This document shows, in pieces, positions 1-11,518 of a stretch of 64,000 bases of DNA. A program made the translations under genes and the position numbers. Under the pieces are notes generated by a model. The model saw only the letters and a program-made list of their open reading frames with translations. It made no database searches and had not been told where the DNA came from. How positions within the stretch are numbered: position 1 is the first letter of the stretch; every line of letters begins with the position of its first letter. The DNA lies in NCBI GenBank assembly GCA_051362555.1, contig CM120642.1, forward strand, positions 18,600,001 through 18,664,000. Direction: 5' to 3'. The stretch is from Lingula anatina (taxonomy: Eukaryota; Animalia; Brachiopoda).

Positions 1-1116
1 CAGAACTAGTATCTTGATCAAACATACGAATGAACAGTACCAAAACTGGGGCGATCGATGACTGGACATATTCACTGTCCATGTGCATATAAAGATAAAA
101 ATCACTAGTGTACATGTATAAACCACTCTAGTTTAAGTTTGTGGGATTGATGGGGTACAATCACAAACAACTATACTACGCAATAGACATGATTTTCTAA
201 TCTTATACATTTTTCAACGTTCCCAACGTACACCCCTCACTTTTACACTATACATAGGCTAGACTGCGAAAAAAGTGCATGTCATCATTTTAATGTTTAA
301 AACCAACTATCATAGTATCAAGTAATAAGGTTACAATTTGTTCACATCTGCATTCTTAGTCAGACACTCAGAGGAAACGCCATACATTAGAGCAGGAAAC
401 GGTGCCATCAGCGAGAGCGTGAAACGTTTTCGTAAATTCTGGAAATATCGATTTTGGTATTACATAGCGCTGGCCCAAGAAGCTTGTGCGACAATTTTCT
501 CGGTTAAAGAAGATTCGATTATGGAGCTACTTTGTTAGCTGCGCAATGAAGTCGTTTGCACGCGACAATTAAATACTGGATTATAACTGAGTCAATTACA
601 AAATGTGCAAAACGATTTAATCCGTTTACACCGCACAAAATGAATGTTTTTTTTTTCTTTTTAATTTTCAGAATGAGCGTGATTCACTTTCAATAAACTG
701 ACAAATTCTGTAAACCATAATATATTTTAAAACAAGCAAATATGAAAATTTTGAAATGCAGACTGCTGTATCATGTAAGGTCCAGCCCCCCTCTCCCACC
801 CCACCCCCCCTCCTCTTTAAATAGTGTTATGACGATTACAATGAATACGGTTATTACTTGAATTTTTCAAACGGCTCGTTTTTTGCCTGTGTTTTATTTT
901 CATCAGGCCTATGTAGGCCTATCATTTTGAAGACCCTCACAATGTAGGCTACATCTGACATAAAGCCATCTAACATTTTCGAAACTTTTAAACCAGCATA
1001 TTCATATAAAACATTACTAACGATAAAAATTCGGGAAAATAATCAATTGCTTTTGTTAGAATTTATTAAGAAACTATCCAAGGTGGTCCTATTACTGAAA
1101 TTCAATTTTTCACAAA

Positions 1117-1299
1117 TGCGTCAATTTTTCTACTTCGTCACTGTTCTAATTGTGACGTCATTTTTATTTATTGTATGGAGTGTGACGTCTTTGAACGTTA
1201 CGCCATCTTCCACAAATGACGTAGTGTCATACTGTATGGTGTTTGTTGACGTCATAACCACCATAGCAACTAAACGCGCCCTGAAGAAGTAAACAAACA
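1117..1299 (+). promoter_or_regulatory. Proximal promoter of the gasdermin-like gene: CRE cluster, X-box and forkhead motif
   Basis: Perfect TGACGTCA at 1153-1160 and 1247-1254; near-CREs at 1183-1190 and 1217-1224; CGTCA half sites at 1117-1123 and 1134-1140. ACCACCATAGCAAC at 1257-1270 fits the relaxed RFX X-box RYYNYYWWRRNRAC. GTAAACAAACA at 1289-1299 lies just before the ATG at 1302. Confidence 0.6.
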
Positions 1300-1301
1300 A
1301 G

Positions 1302-1731
1302 ATGAATGACAAACAGTACCATGGTTTGACGACATGTGATCCGGAAAACGCTTGGTCTTTAATTCGGCGCGAGGTTGGATGTCAGTTAGTTGGTAAGACA
1401 AGTAATTTTGGATTTTGTGTCTTCACATAAATTGTGAAAACACACTTAGACATAAGGTTAATATGTGGCACGTTATGGGAGTCATAGATATAGGCTTAGG
1501 CCTAGACTAAGCCCTATTATAAAATTGTATTGCCAATAACTATGAGAAAAAACGTGACTGTAGATCTAGTGGCACCAAGGGTGAGAGCTGAAAAGAAAAG
1601 AAAACCCCATACGTCGATTTCAGTAAAATTTAACGCTGCAGAACAGTCCATCTAATGCTTCCTTTTCGAAAAGGTAGGCCTAAATCTATAGTTATCTACA
1701 GTGAAAACTAACTTCAACAAAAAATAACTTC

Positions 1732-1791
<60 letters not shown>

Positions 1792-4700
1792 AAGGAGAAG
1801 ATGCAGTGGCAGTGCCGTTTTTGTCCGAGGCCCAGGAATACGAAGCTCTTCATATACTCGTCAAAGAGCACCGAGGAGCCATCGAGAAAATCACTCGGAA
1901 AGTTCCGTGTCTGCAAGAGATCGGGCATCTCCGGCATTTTCTTGACATCCGGTCCAACAGTGGGCTAATGGATACCCCCACCCAGAAGGTCGCTGCAGAT
2001 CTGAATACACATTATAAATACGACGTACGTGTTGGATGTTTTTAAAAATGCACTGTTATACCTCACCAGTTTTTCCCACGTGCAAGTCTGATTAGTGATC
2101 TATTTTGATATAGTCCTATAGGATTTACACAAAAATTAAAAAATAAAGTATTTATTTCCTATTTTTTATCTGCGCTAAATGTTTCATTATTTTCAAGTAG
2201 AAAAGTGTAGTCTCAAGCAACTCCGTAGCTATGAATTCTATAAGATTAAATTATTATAATTTCCTTTTCACTCTTTCACAGATCTCAGACATGAAGAACG
2301 GAGAAACCCGAGCTGTAGCTCTAGAGTTACACGGTTGTGAGAAACATGTGGTAAATGTGACCTGGAAAGACGGCGAGCTCATCTTGGATCAGACCGCTCC
2401 AGGTGAGAACTTTCTAAAGTACGGTTTCCCTAAATCATTGAAGACAAAAAAAATTATTTTAGCTTTAAGAAAGATAAATCGCTATGTCACACTAATATAT
2501 ATGGTAACTTTTGGTCTAATAAAATGCAGATTTCTCTCTATATATTTTGATAAAACGCTTACAAGATTTCATTAAGGTTAGCAACTGCTGGTTTATCTGA
2601 GAGCAAAGCTGATCGTTTTCGTCTAAATGTAAAGATAAACTTTCGGTCTAAAGTTAATTTTTGAAAGCGGTACCTGTTGTTAGCGCAAAAAGCAAGCACC
2701 TATTTCAAACTGTTCGTAAACTCTTAAACTTTTCACCTTATACAAACTCAAGCTGCCACGTGCTTATTAATTTTCTGTTAAACTGTAAATCCGCCACGCG
2801 CCACGTGCTCATTAATGTTATGTAAAACTGTAAATCCGCTTATTGCTGAAGTCCACTTTTAATAATAAGAGATATGTCCAAGTTTAAGCTGAAAAAAATA
2901 ATAATCGTCAAATTTAAGGCGCACCGTTCATATTCAATTAGTTTTTCGTTCCAAACTCTTTAACTTTTTATCTTTTAAATTAATGCACCAAAGCTGAAGA
3001 AAAAAAAGCTCTCTGATTTCCCACGGATTTCTTCATCATGATGAGCTCCAGTCACGCACGCTTATTGATCGTTCTCATTATTTCGATTCAAATGATTTCA
3101 AAGATAAGCTACCCGATTGAACGTCCAAATGCCCAAACATCCGAACGCCAAAACTTCAGAAAAAGGTTGCTCACAAAAGATGTTTCCATTTTTGATGTAG
3201 TGGCATTTTCTATCAAAAGGAAAATTTAACAATTTATCTTTCACAGACCTGTCTTACAGACATGTAAGTTTTGTGTGGCGTAAGTGTTTCCTCGAATACC
3301 ATCATTTTGTGAGCACAGCTCAATAGTTTATAATGTGCTCGATCCAAGCTCCGACACGTTGAATCACTGTGGCTACTCGAACACTATATAGTTTGTAATG
3401 ACAATGTTCAACGTGTGATGGGGAATTCTCCTGATCTCCGTTCGAATATTATTCTTGAGAGCATCAGAGGTTTGGGATTGTTGTTAAAGAGACTTCTTTT
3501 AGGCCTCCCCACAGAAAACAATCCAAAGGGCATACAAGTCTTCAATCGTACTGACGACCGACTTTGTCCTGCACATTCAACAGACCCATCGATGTCCCCA
3601 TTGGATTTTTTCTATGTATACGTTAAAATTACCTGTGTTTTCCCTGAATATCTAACTCTACGTTTTCTGGGGTTTTCATCGCTTCTTTGCAACGCTTTTT
3701 CTCTATATTTTCGTCTTCATTCATATCTTAGGGTTAGAAGATACGAAAAAGTTGTACATCATTAAGACAGTGTATTACGTCAGCAAGATCAGAATGACCG
3801 TGACAGTTGGAAAGCGAAGCAATACAATGGAAATGAACGGCAGATATCCCATCGCTTTCACAACGGAAAAACATCAGGTAAAAGTCGCGCAGACGACAGA
3901 GTGTTTTAAGACCAAGAATATCGTAATTATGGTGCAGGTGAACTCATTGGAGTAGATTTATAATACGAGAAGTAATTTCAAACAGATTTTAACTTATTTC
4001 TATGATTACTTAATACTTACATACCCAAGCCCATCGCCTACGGAATCTGTGAATAACAAATTCAATTCAGGGGGCTCGGTGCGTCAGGATATTAACGATT
4101 TAAATTTCTAAAAATTCCTTACCAACCCCGGTCTCTGAAAGCGAGTTCGGTTCTTAAAAATTCTCAAGTTGATACACATTATAATCAGTTGGAGTACCGA
4201 TTCCATATGAAAGATATAATAAATTCAATTTTTTAAGTCTAGAAAGCCCATTTAGTTGTCTTAATTGAATTTTGGGTGTAGGTGTTCAGTCAAATGCTTA
4301 GCAGCTACGTTTATGACAGTGGCAACAACAGAAGGGCGAATTGTAACCGCAAGTCCTGGACAAGGCTGAGTTGTGGTTTAATGGCATGTTAGACCTTTAC
4401 ACATGTATAGTTGAAAAATATTTATGAAAGTTTTTAAGTTTGTCTTAAAAGGAAACTTAAACGACATTAGCCAAAGACGGATCGCCAAACAAAAATTTAT
4501 AAGAACATCTGACACCTTAACAAACGGACTGAATAAGGACAGTTTCCCAAATGAGTATTATTTTTTTCTTTGTTACGTAATGTTGACGAGGTTTACGTTA
4601 GGCACGCTTTTGTGGCATCGCATGTCTTTAACACGTCATCGACGTCACGTATCCTAGGAGTTTTTTCTTTTCTTTTTTTTTTTTTTCAAGAAAGAAGAAA

Positions 4701-5417
4701 GCCTAGCGACCGAAAGTTTAGAAAGGATGTTATATCTTTATAGTAGATCTCGTAGATGCATCATTATGATAACTTATTCATTCCTTTCTCGCCGAGATAC
4801 ACCATGTGCAAAGCTGTAGAAAAAAATTACGATCAAAGGGTTACTGAGTTTTAAGTTTATAATTCTCGTGATAGAGATGGGAATTTGAGACTGGTGAATT
4901 ACAATCACGGTGGTTACGAATAGAAATTAAGAGCTTGCAAACGGGTTTCTAGAACGTAATTTTCCCTGCGCTTTTGGCTGAATACACTTTGATGAATTAA
5001 AGGGGAAATTGATTAAATATGTTTTTCTTATATAAGGGTTTTACGCACATTGCGTGCTTCTTACTAGACTACATAAGGCACGCAGTGTAGTTCGAGAGCA
5101 TAACAATCTAGAAAAGGTAGAGTCAAGAGGAGAAAAACCCTCGGGATGAGGACGACAGCTGAATTGGCAGATTGATTAGTGTCCTTATAAACTAGTTCAC
5201 TTGTATTGAACAGTGCCAGCACCCACACGCTGACTATCTTATTAATCTATCCATAAAAACTGTTATTACTATATTCTTCGGGAGGATTGATTTCAGAAAT
5301 AAAAAGGTCAATCGAAAGATGATTGTAAATGAGTAATTCCCAATGTGGATTAGGGACTTTAAGGGTATAGTCTTAATTGGTGTTAATTTGGTGGTTACAA
5401 ACAAACATACACTCGCG

Positions 5418-5457
<40 letters not shown>

Positions 5458-6900
5458 TTGTGAATATATTCATGCCCTACATGTACATTTCATTTTCCCG
5501 GCCCAAGTTCATTTCACAAACTCTGTTCATTTATTAATTCATTAATTTATTTGTTCACACATTTATTTTACTTGATGATTCGTTTCCTTAAATCGCATTT
5601 CCTTCTTGATCTACCTTACCTTTATCTACATGTATATATTAGATTGACAAAGAGGGCAAACTTTCCCCTGATGGCCAAGACGAGTCCCGCGAGGTAGCTG
5701 GCTACCGTTTCGTCCGTAACTCTGCCTACAGGGACCCTAACGACGAGCTGCCGACCGTCCCCTGCACCGATAGCCAATCAGGGCTCAAAGCCGCCAAGAG
5801 GAACCCCAAAGATCAACTTCCAAAGCTCCCTGCTGCACAGGGTAAGTATTTGACTTTGATTTCGTTTCATTTAAGTCATTAAGCTAATACATTAGATGGA
5901 AAAAGCTTACATGAAAAAGGGATAACAGGCCTACCCAACTACCAGACTCGGCACCGAATGATCCTGAATTCACCGGTAGATCGGACCACACTACCCGTTT
6001 TTAAGGTGTGAGTCAGTACGCATTTCACAGTATCATACCCCAAACAAATTTTGAGTGGTGACGCAATGCTTTTCAACCCCGCTGAGAATCGTCACTATCA
6101 CATCGCGTACTAGGCAAGAGCGGTGTCGCGTCTGATACTGTGAAATGCGTACTTATACACACCTTGAGAACGGGTAGTGTGGTCCGGTGAATTCAGGATC
6201 ATTCGGTGCTGAGTCTGGTAGTCGAGTAGGCCTGGATAACAAATGTTTACTCTGCAATCAGTCCACGCTCGCATTTTTCTCTTGTGTTACATTTTCTAGT
6301 TCTCAGCTACAGGTACAGTTATGTTTTAGTTAACGTTACCTAGACTGGAATAAAACTCTAGAATCCCCATTTTTTTAGTTTCTGTGAACGACTAGTCGCA
6401 ATTTCGAATTCATTGATTTCTTCTTTTGTGTCGTTACGTACCTTACAAGAGCCTTATGTAAACTTTGCATCTAATTCATTATTTTTTTCTGTCCATCTAA
6501 TTGAAATCACTTCGAGATTTTAACCTCGCTAATACCTGATGATTTAACTGATTTTTTAATTGTTCAATTAATTTTACTTTTTTTAATAAGTCCCTTTTCA
6601 CATTGAGCAGTACATTAAACCGGACCGGTCCACTTCGAGAGATTTGCTTTTTTTATTAAAACATTTATAACATAAACGGAGCCCCTGTGCTCGACACAGC
6701 CAGTTTAACGATCTAAATAAACAACAGGGAGCGCACTTGCGAAAAGGGAATAAAAAACCCAACACCGTAACTGCATATTATGGCATCTCTAAATAGACCG
6801 GTCCACTTTGACGTGACTTTGCGAAAAGGGCCTTATTCAGATATTTGTTCTCGTTTTAGGATCAGATCGCGGTCCTCTCCCGCCGATACCTAAAGAATAA
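1302..6900 (+). CDS. Gasdermin/pejvakin-like protein, 275 aa, 6 coding exons (N-domain plus short Pro-rich tail)
   Basis: Exons 1302-1392, 1795-2024, 2282-2402, 3732-3877, 5643-5841, 6860-6900. All junctions GT-AG, phases 1,0,1,0,1 consistent; 828 nt from ATG (A at -3) to TAA. Protein MNDKQYHGLTTCDPENAWSLIRREVGCQLVGEDAVAVPFLSEAQEYEALHILVKEHR...KLYIIKTVYY...SNTMEMNGRYPIAFTTEKHQIDKEGKL...GPLPPIPKE. The gene model is high confidence; the gasdermin assignment is by eye and more tentative. Confidence 0.8.
1736..1790 (+). repeat. Poly-T tract (about 55 nt) serving as polypyrimidine tract of exon 2
   Basis: Uninterrupted T run ending just before the GAAG acceptor (AG at 1793-1794). Confidence 0.9.
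2755..2840. repeat. Two-copy direct repeat, about 40-45 bp
   Basis: GCCACGTGCT(T/C)ATTAAT..CTGTAAATCCGC occurs twice in tandem. Confidence 0.75.
5414..5454. repeat. (CG)n(CA)n microsatellite
   Basis: cgcgcgcgcgcgcacacacaca... read directly. Confidence 0.9.
5926..6234. mobile_element. MITE with long TIRs and 5-bp TSD (CAG...CTG ends, hAT5-like)
   Basis: CAGGCCTACCCAACTACCAGACTCGGCACCGAATGATCCTGAATTCACCGG is mirrored at the right end; the inverted arms extend about 110 bp. GATAA flanks both sides (5921-5925, 6235-6239). Confidence 0.85.
6585..6837. mobile_element. Small TIR element (unclassified MITE)
   Basis: Imperfect TIR AATAAGTCCCTTTTCACA / TGCGAAAAGGGCCTTATT; GACCGGTCCACTT is repeated internally. 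Confidence 0.55.
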
Positions 6901-6920
6901 ACCACGGGTGTTCCGCCGTA

Positions 6921-7083
6921 GCCGTCTAGATTTGTAAAGACATTTTTTTTTTAAATTTCATTATGATATAAGATATTTTAAAATTTTTCATTATGTGCCA
7001 TATTGCAGCCGTCTAGATTTACAAAGACAATATAAAATTTTTCATTTTGTGCCATATTGCAGCCGTCTAGATTTACAAAGACA
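6921..7083 (+). repeat. Three-copy direct repeat in the 3' UTR
   Basis: GCCGTCTAGATTT(G/A)(T/C)AAAGACA at about 6921, 7008 and 7062; the last two are preceded by GTGCCATATTGCA. Confidence 0.8.
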
Positions 7084-7288
7084 TATACGTGCCAAATTCT
7101 GATGACTTGATTATATCACCTCAAATAGTGACAGCACAAATTGTGACATTTACGAAAATAATTCCGAATGTTACTTTCCAACTTTAGATTACTTTTAGTT
7201 TAAAAACTACATTTTTTAAAAAACTACATTTACAATTTCTAATTGTTACTTTGAGTATAAAATGGAACATGGGAAGCACTCATATTTA

Positions 7289-7294
7289 AATAAA
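7289..7294 (+). terminator. Candidate polyadenylation signal of the gasdermin-like gene
   Basis: AATAAA about 390 nt after the stop, followed by T/GT-rich sequence. A second AATAAA overlaps the stop codon (6896-6901). Confidence 0.5.
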
Positions 7295-7456
7295 ACTTTT
7301 TATACCGATACTGTTGCTTCATTATTTCTTCTCAGAAAAAGAATTGTAGGCAAGGATCGGATAATTACTGCTGTAGAACCATTTCAGATTAGTCTTCCCC
7401 ACTGTCTTGCAGAAGCCACTTAGAACGAGTTCAAGTGAGACATACATCTTTCATTC

Positions 7457-7457
<1 letters not shown>

Positions 7458-7495
<38 letters not shown>
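7458..7495. repeat. (AAT)n microsatellite
   Basis: Read directly. Confidence 0.9.
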
Positions 7496-7497
<2 letters not shown>

Positions 7498-8043
7498 AAT
7501 AGAAAAAAAATTAAGTCACATGTCGTGTAGACTACCGTTTTTTTTTTTTTTAGTGTTGAAGCTTAGACCTACGTCTTTCTTTGCTCCGGCTCGCACGTTT
7601 ATTTGCACCTTATTAGCACGGATTTATACTGTAAGATTCAGCTTATCCTGTTTTGCCGGAAATTAAATCAGTTCATTAAATGAACGATCCTGTTATTGTC
7701 ACGCAAAGTGATAAGACTATAGTTTTAGCATTTGGTTGTTTTGAAAACTAAGAGCGAGCTTATAAGACAAACTCTCCTGGCAAATGTAGAAATTAATCTA
7801 ATACATTCATCGGAAATCTCTGGATGTGCATCACAATTCAATGTCGGACATATCATACGTCAAAACACGACTTGAACTTTAATACGTTCAGAGTATATAT
7901 CCCGATTTCACCTCACGGGCATATCACATTCGCCCTTTCTCCTATGAAATAGATCCAAGAATTACTATCACTATAAATTAAGGGATCTTGGATATTAACG
8001 AAAAACTCCAAAACTAATGCAGCTAATGAAATTTCCTATTAAC

Positions 8044-8470
8044 TTAAAGATAAGGTCTAGCAAGCCAAACAATTTTTCAAAGTTTGTAGTCACAGTGTAA
8101 CACGAGTGACGTAATATCAGCGTTTTGAGGCTAAAATTGTCTTTTTTTTAATCAAGAATTTCTCTTAAACAAAAAGCCCTATTAATACGATTGAAATAGC
8201 TATCTAAAAGTTAGCACAAACTCCAGTGATCTCTGTCAGGATTTTCTCTTTTTATTTTTGCTTTTGATTTTATTTTGATAAAACGTGAATTTTACGAAAT
8301 ATATATGGACCTTCCAATTTCAGTATTAATAACTTCAAAAATAAAAGGTCAATCCAAAAACCAAGACTCAGTCGACTAGATATTATACTGAAACAGAGAC
8401 ACATCAAATTTCATGTCAATCTGACAGTTACAGAATGAGATATGGGTATTGAAGTTTAGACTATGTTATC
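8044..8470. mobile_element. Degenerate non-autonomous DNA transposon, Kolobok-like
   Basis: Starts TTAA|AGATAAGGTCTAG and ends TAGACTATGTTATC (imperfect TIR). The right TSD is not clean. Confidence 0.4.
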
Positions 8471-9892
8471 AATCTTCAAAGCTGAGAAATCGCTCCTAAA
8501 CCATTTTGCTCAGGTAATTGGGCTATTTAAGCAAAATAATTGCACCTCCACCTTACCTGTTATCATCTTGTTGATCGGGAAGGTCTATACACCATTACGT
8601 GTTAAAATTGGGTTGTTTGTTTCTATCTAGATGCCAGAAAATCTTACTTTTGTACGCAAACTTATTCGTACCACGAAAGCCGCTCTTCCCTGAGAAATGA
8701 TTGACAGCTGAGTAGGTCTACCTTCTCTCGTTTCACTGACGTAATTAATCATAATTGTGCCTGACGCAGTAGGAGTCTGTGCACTGTCTAGGAAGTGTCT
8801 AAGGAAGCGCTTACAAACAAAAAGAGGATTACTTGGTGTGCCAGCAGAGGAAATTTGCCACCCGTCGTGCGTGGACGCCGCTCTACACACCAAGACACGA
8901 AAATTGAGAAAGCAAAGCAAGATTTACTCCGAGAAATGGCCGAATGTGGGTACGCATATGCCATGATGCCACAGAGTGCCAAGACCGTAATATGCGAATT
9001 TGAAAATGTTTTGGGTGGCAATATTACTTAAAAACTTGCTTGCTATTACAATCTTTATTGTGCATAAAATGATTGCCTAACGATTTTTTTCTGACAACCC
9101 CAGACGTTGTACGAATACTCAGCAGTTCAAGTGTGATCTCGAGTCTTTACCTAGACGTGATTTAGACTCTATAGTAGAAAATTTAATATATCGTACACTC
9201 TCTTTCAAAATTCTCTTGTTTTCCTCGCTCATCCGTTTTCTCACGACTTTCTTTCTTCCCATGACTGTTTATATAACTGTGTTCTGCTTAGCTGACGTAA
9301 GACTTATGAGCTGCCAGGGCACGCGTAACAGCTTAAGAAGTTAGACAACCATTCTTGCCCCGCCCCCCATAGTAACGGTGCTTGACAACGGAGGCGGAGC
9401 CTAAAGCCTGCCACCCGTACCAGTCAGGACAGGTAGAAAAACTCGTCCAAATGTATATTTTTAGTCCGTGTTTCACAAATATAACTTAATTGAGTATTAG
9501 ATACAAAATTGATTATTTCTAACGTATAAAAAACTAAAATTCGAGTTTTAGACGTATTTTTAATATCCTAGACCCCTTAAGCTTACATTTGATTTTCACC
9601 GAGGCAGAAACAGCTGCCTGCATGACAAATAAAAATTTGCCCGGTCAATGTTCTGTTATTCAATGAGAAGCCCAACGCACACTGTAAGGCAAGGGCTGAG
9701 CTACCGGTCCCGGATATTTGACTGTTTTCATTAGTGCAGTTCAGAACGAAAATTGGTCTAAACCTCATGTCTGCAATGTCGGTCTAATTCGACCAAATGT
9801 GCGACAATCATTTGGCAAATAAAGGAAGTCTTCCGTTTTAGTCTGTATTTAAGTGGGCCAATACATATTTATCTTGGATTGAAGAAGACTAA

Positions 9893-10438
9893 GAGCGCAT
9901 TCTCAACGAATTAAGCCAGGCTTTACAAAGCCGGTGACCTAAAAATGGCGGACGTACATGAAAGAAAAAGCGCCTAATCTTTTAATAGTCTCTCCGCCTC
10001 TCACACGCCTCCCCACACGTCGTCCCTGCGGGATACAATAATTAAATCTCGGCTCCGAACATTAATATTTCCGTGAATATCTCTGGTGATATTATCTCCG
10101 TAGATAGTCGATTCATTGCTTCTCTACGGGCCAAATTATTCCTTTTTCGTCTCTGTTTTCAAAGATAATAGAACAGAAGAGCTTTTTTCCTTCGATCGCC
10201 TTCAGCCGCCATGCTTTCTTCACCACGAGTTTAACTGATGAGCATGCGCACTTAATATTTCTCAGGTAGCTTCCGCATGGCGAACGGTGCCGAGATTTAA
10301 TTACTGTACCCCGCAGGGACGACGTGTGGGGAGGCGGAGAGACTATTAAAAGATTAGGCGGTTTTTCTTTCATGTACGTCTGCCATTTTTAGGTCACCGG
10401 CTTTGTAAAGCCTGGCTTAATTCGTTGAGAATGCGCTC
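9893..10438. mobile_element. PIF/Harbinger-like MITE with about 170-bp TIRs
   Basis: GAGCGCATTCTCAACGAATTAAGCCAGGCTTTACAAAGCCGGTGACCTAAAAATGGC is inverted exactly at the right end. TAA TSD at 9890-9892 and 10439-10441. Confidence 0.9.
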
Positions 10439-11518
10439 TAAACTGTTTGAAGTTGCCTAAATTTCTGAACGTTCAGACAGGCTTTCGGTCCAAAGTTTTC
10501 TTGTGAATACAGTCCCAATAGCTAACGTAAGCTACATGTATTACCTAGCGTGCGCGGTTGATATTTCAATCAAACCACGTCATATTAATACGCAAGTTGT
10601 AGAATAAAACAAAAAGCAAAGCTTACACATTTTTTATTTGCTATTTTTATAAAAAAAAAATTGTATCCAACATCAAACAGCTTTTAATTCAATGCCATTC
10701 TTACATCACAGATTTAAATTTAAAATTGTTCATTTCTCCATAAAATATACACATCTATATGCATTTATCCTTTGATATTTACACACGTAAGTGTTCTAAA
10801 AACACATCTGATTAACCAATAAATAGAAAATGCAAAGCATAAACTTTCATAATTTTACTTTGGTATCATGTCCTTCTCGCTATTTACTGGCGTAGTAACT
10901 AAGTACGTGCCAACAGCCTCGTTTTTGGCTGTTTCGGATGATTTCCATAAGTCACAGCAATCTCAGTCAAAAACGCTAAAATGTTGTATTGCACTAATAG
11001 ATATAGCTCATTTGATTATTACACGATTTTAACTTAATTGAAAGAACTTGTTGAAACAAGATTTCAACATTTGCAGATGGATTATTTCACCTGGCAATAG
11101 AAATACTGAAGGCATATCAAAAATTGTAATGCTATTTATTTGAACATAATCATATCGATTTTTTTAATTATACAAACTGATGAAGTTATAAAAAAGATCT
11201 ATATATGAAAAAATGAAATAGTCATTGCTTATCAAATGGTATATTTTACTATTTTCATTAAAACTTGCAACTGGCATCTGCATTAGAATAACCAAGTTTG
11301 TCACTAAAGCACCATTCAGCATTTTTTAAATCACAGATCAAAGCTCAATAATGTTATAATACATTTAATTCTAATCTACTGTGATATATGTACTACTTAT
11401 ACCTTCTAAAAATGATGAAAATAGATACAAATATGTGCCCTTAAAATGAATAAACTGTAAAAAAAAAGCACTGCAATTTTGTCAAATGAAATATGTAAAA
11501 CTGACAATGAAAAATCAA

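Noticed and set aside
338-538. 66-aa ORF and nearby acceptor/AATAAA (670-697) as the end of an upstream gene
   Set aside because: TTG start, no recognizable motif, and no consistent splice chain could be built.
1692-1937. Poly-Lys ORF on the - strand
   Set aside because: Artifact of the intronic poly-T tract, antisense to real exon 2.
9333-9590. Possible TTAA-flanked element
   Set aside because: The terminal inverted match is too weak to call.
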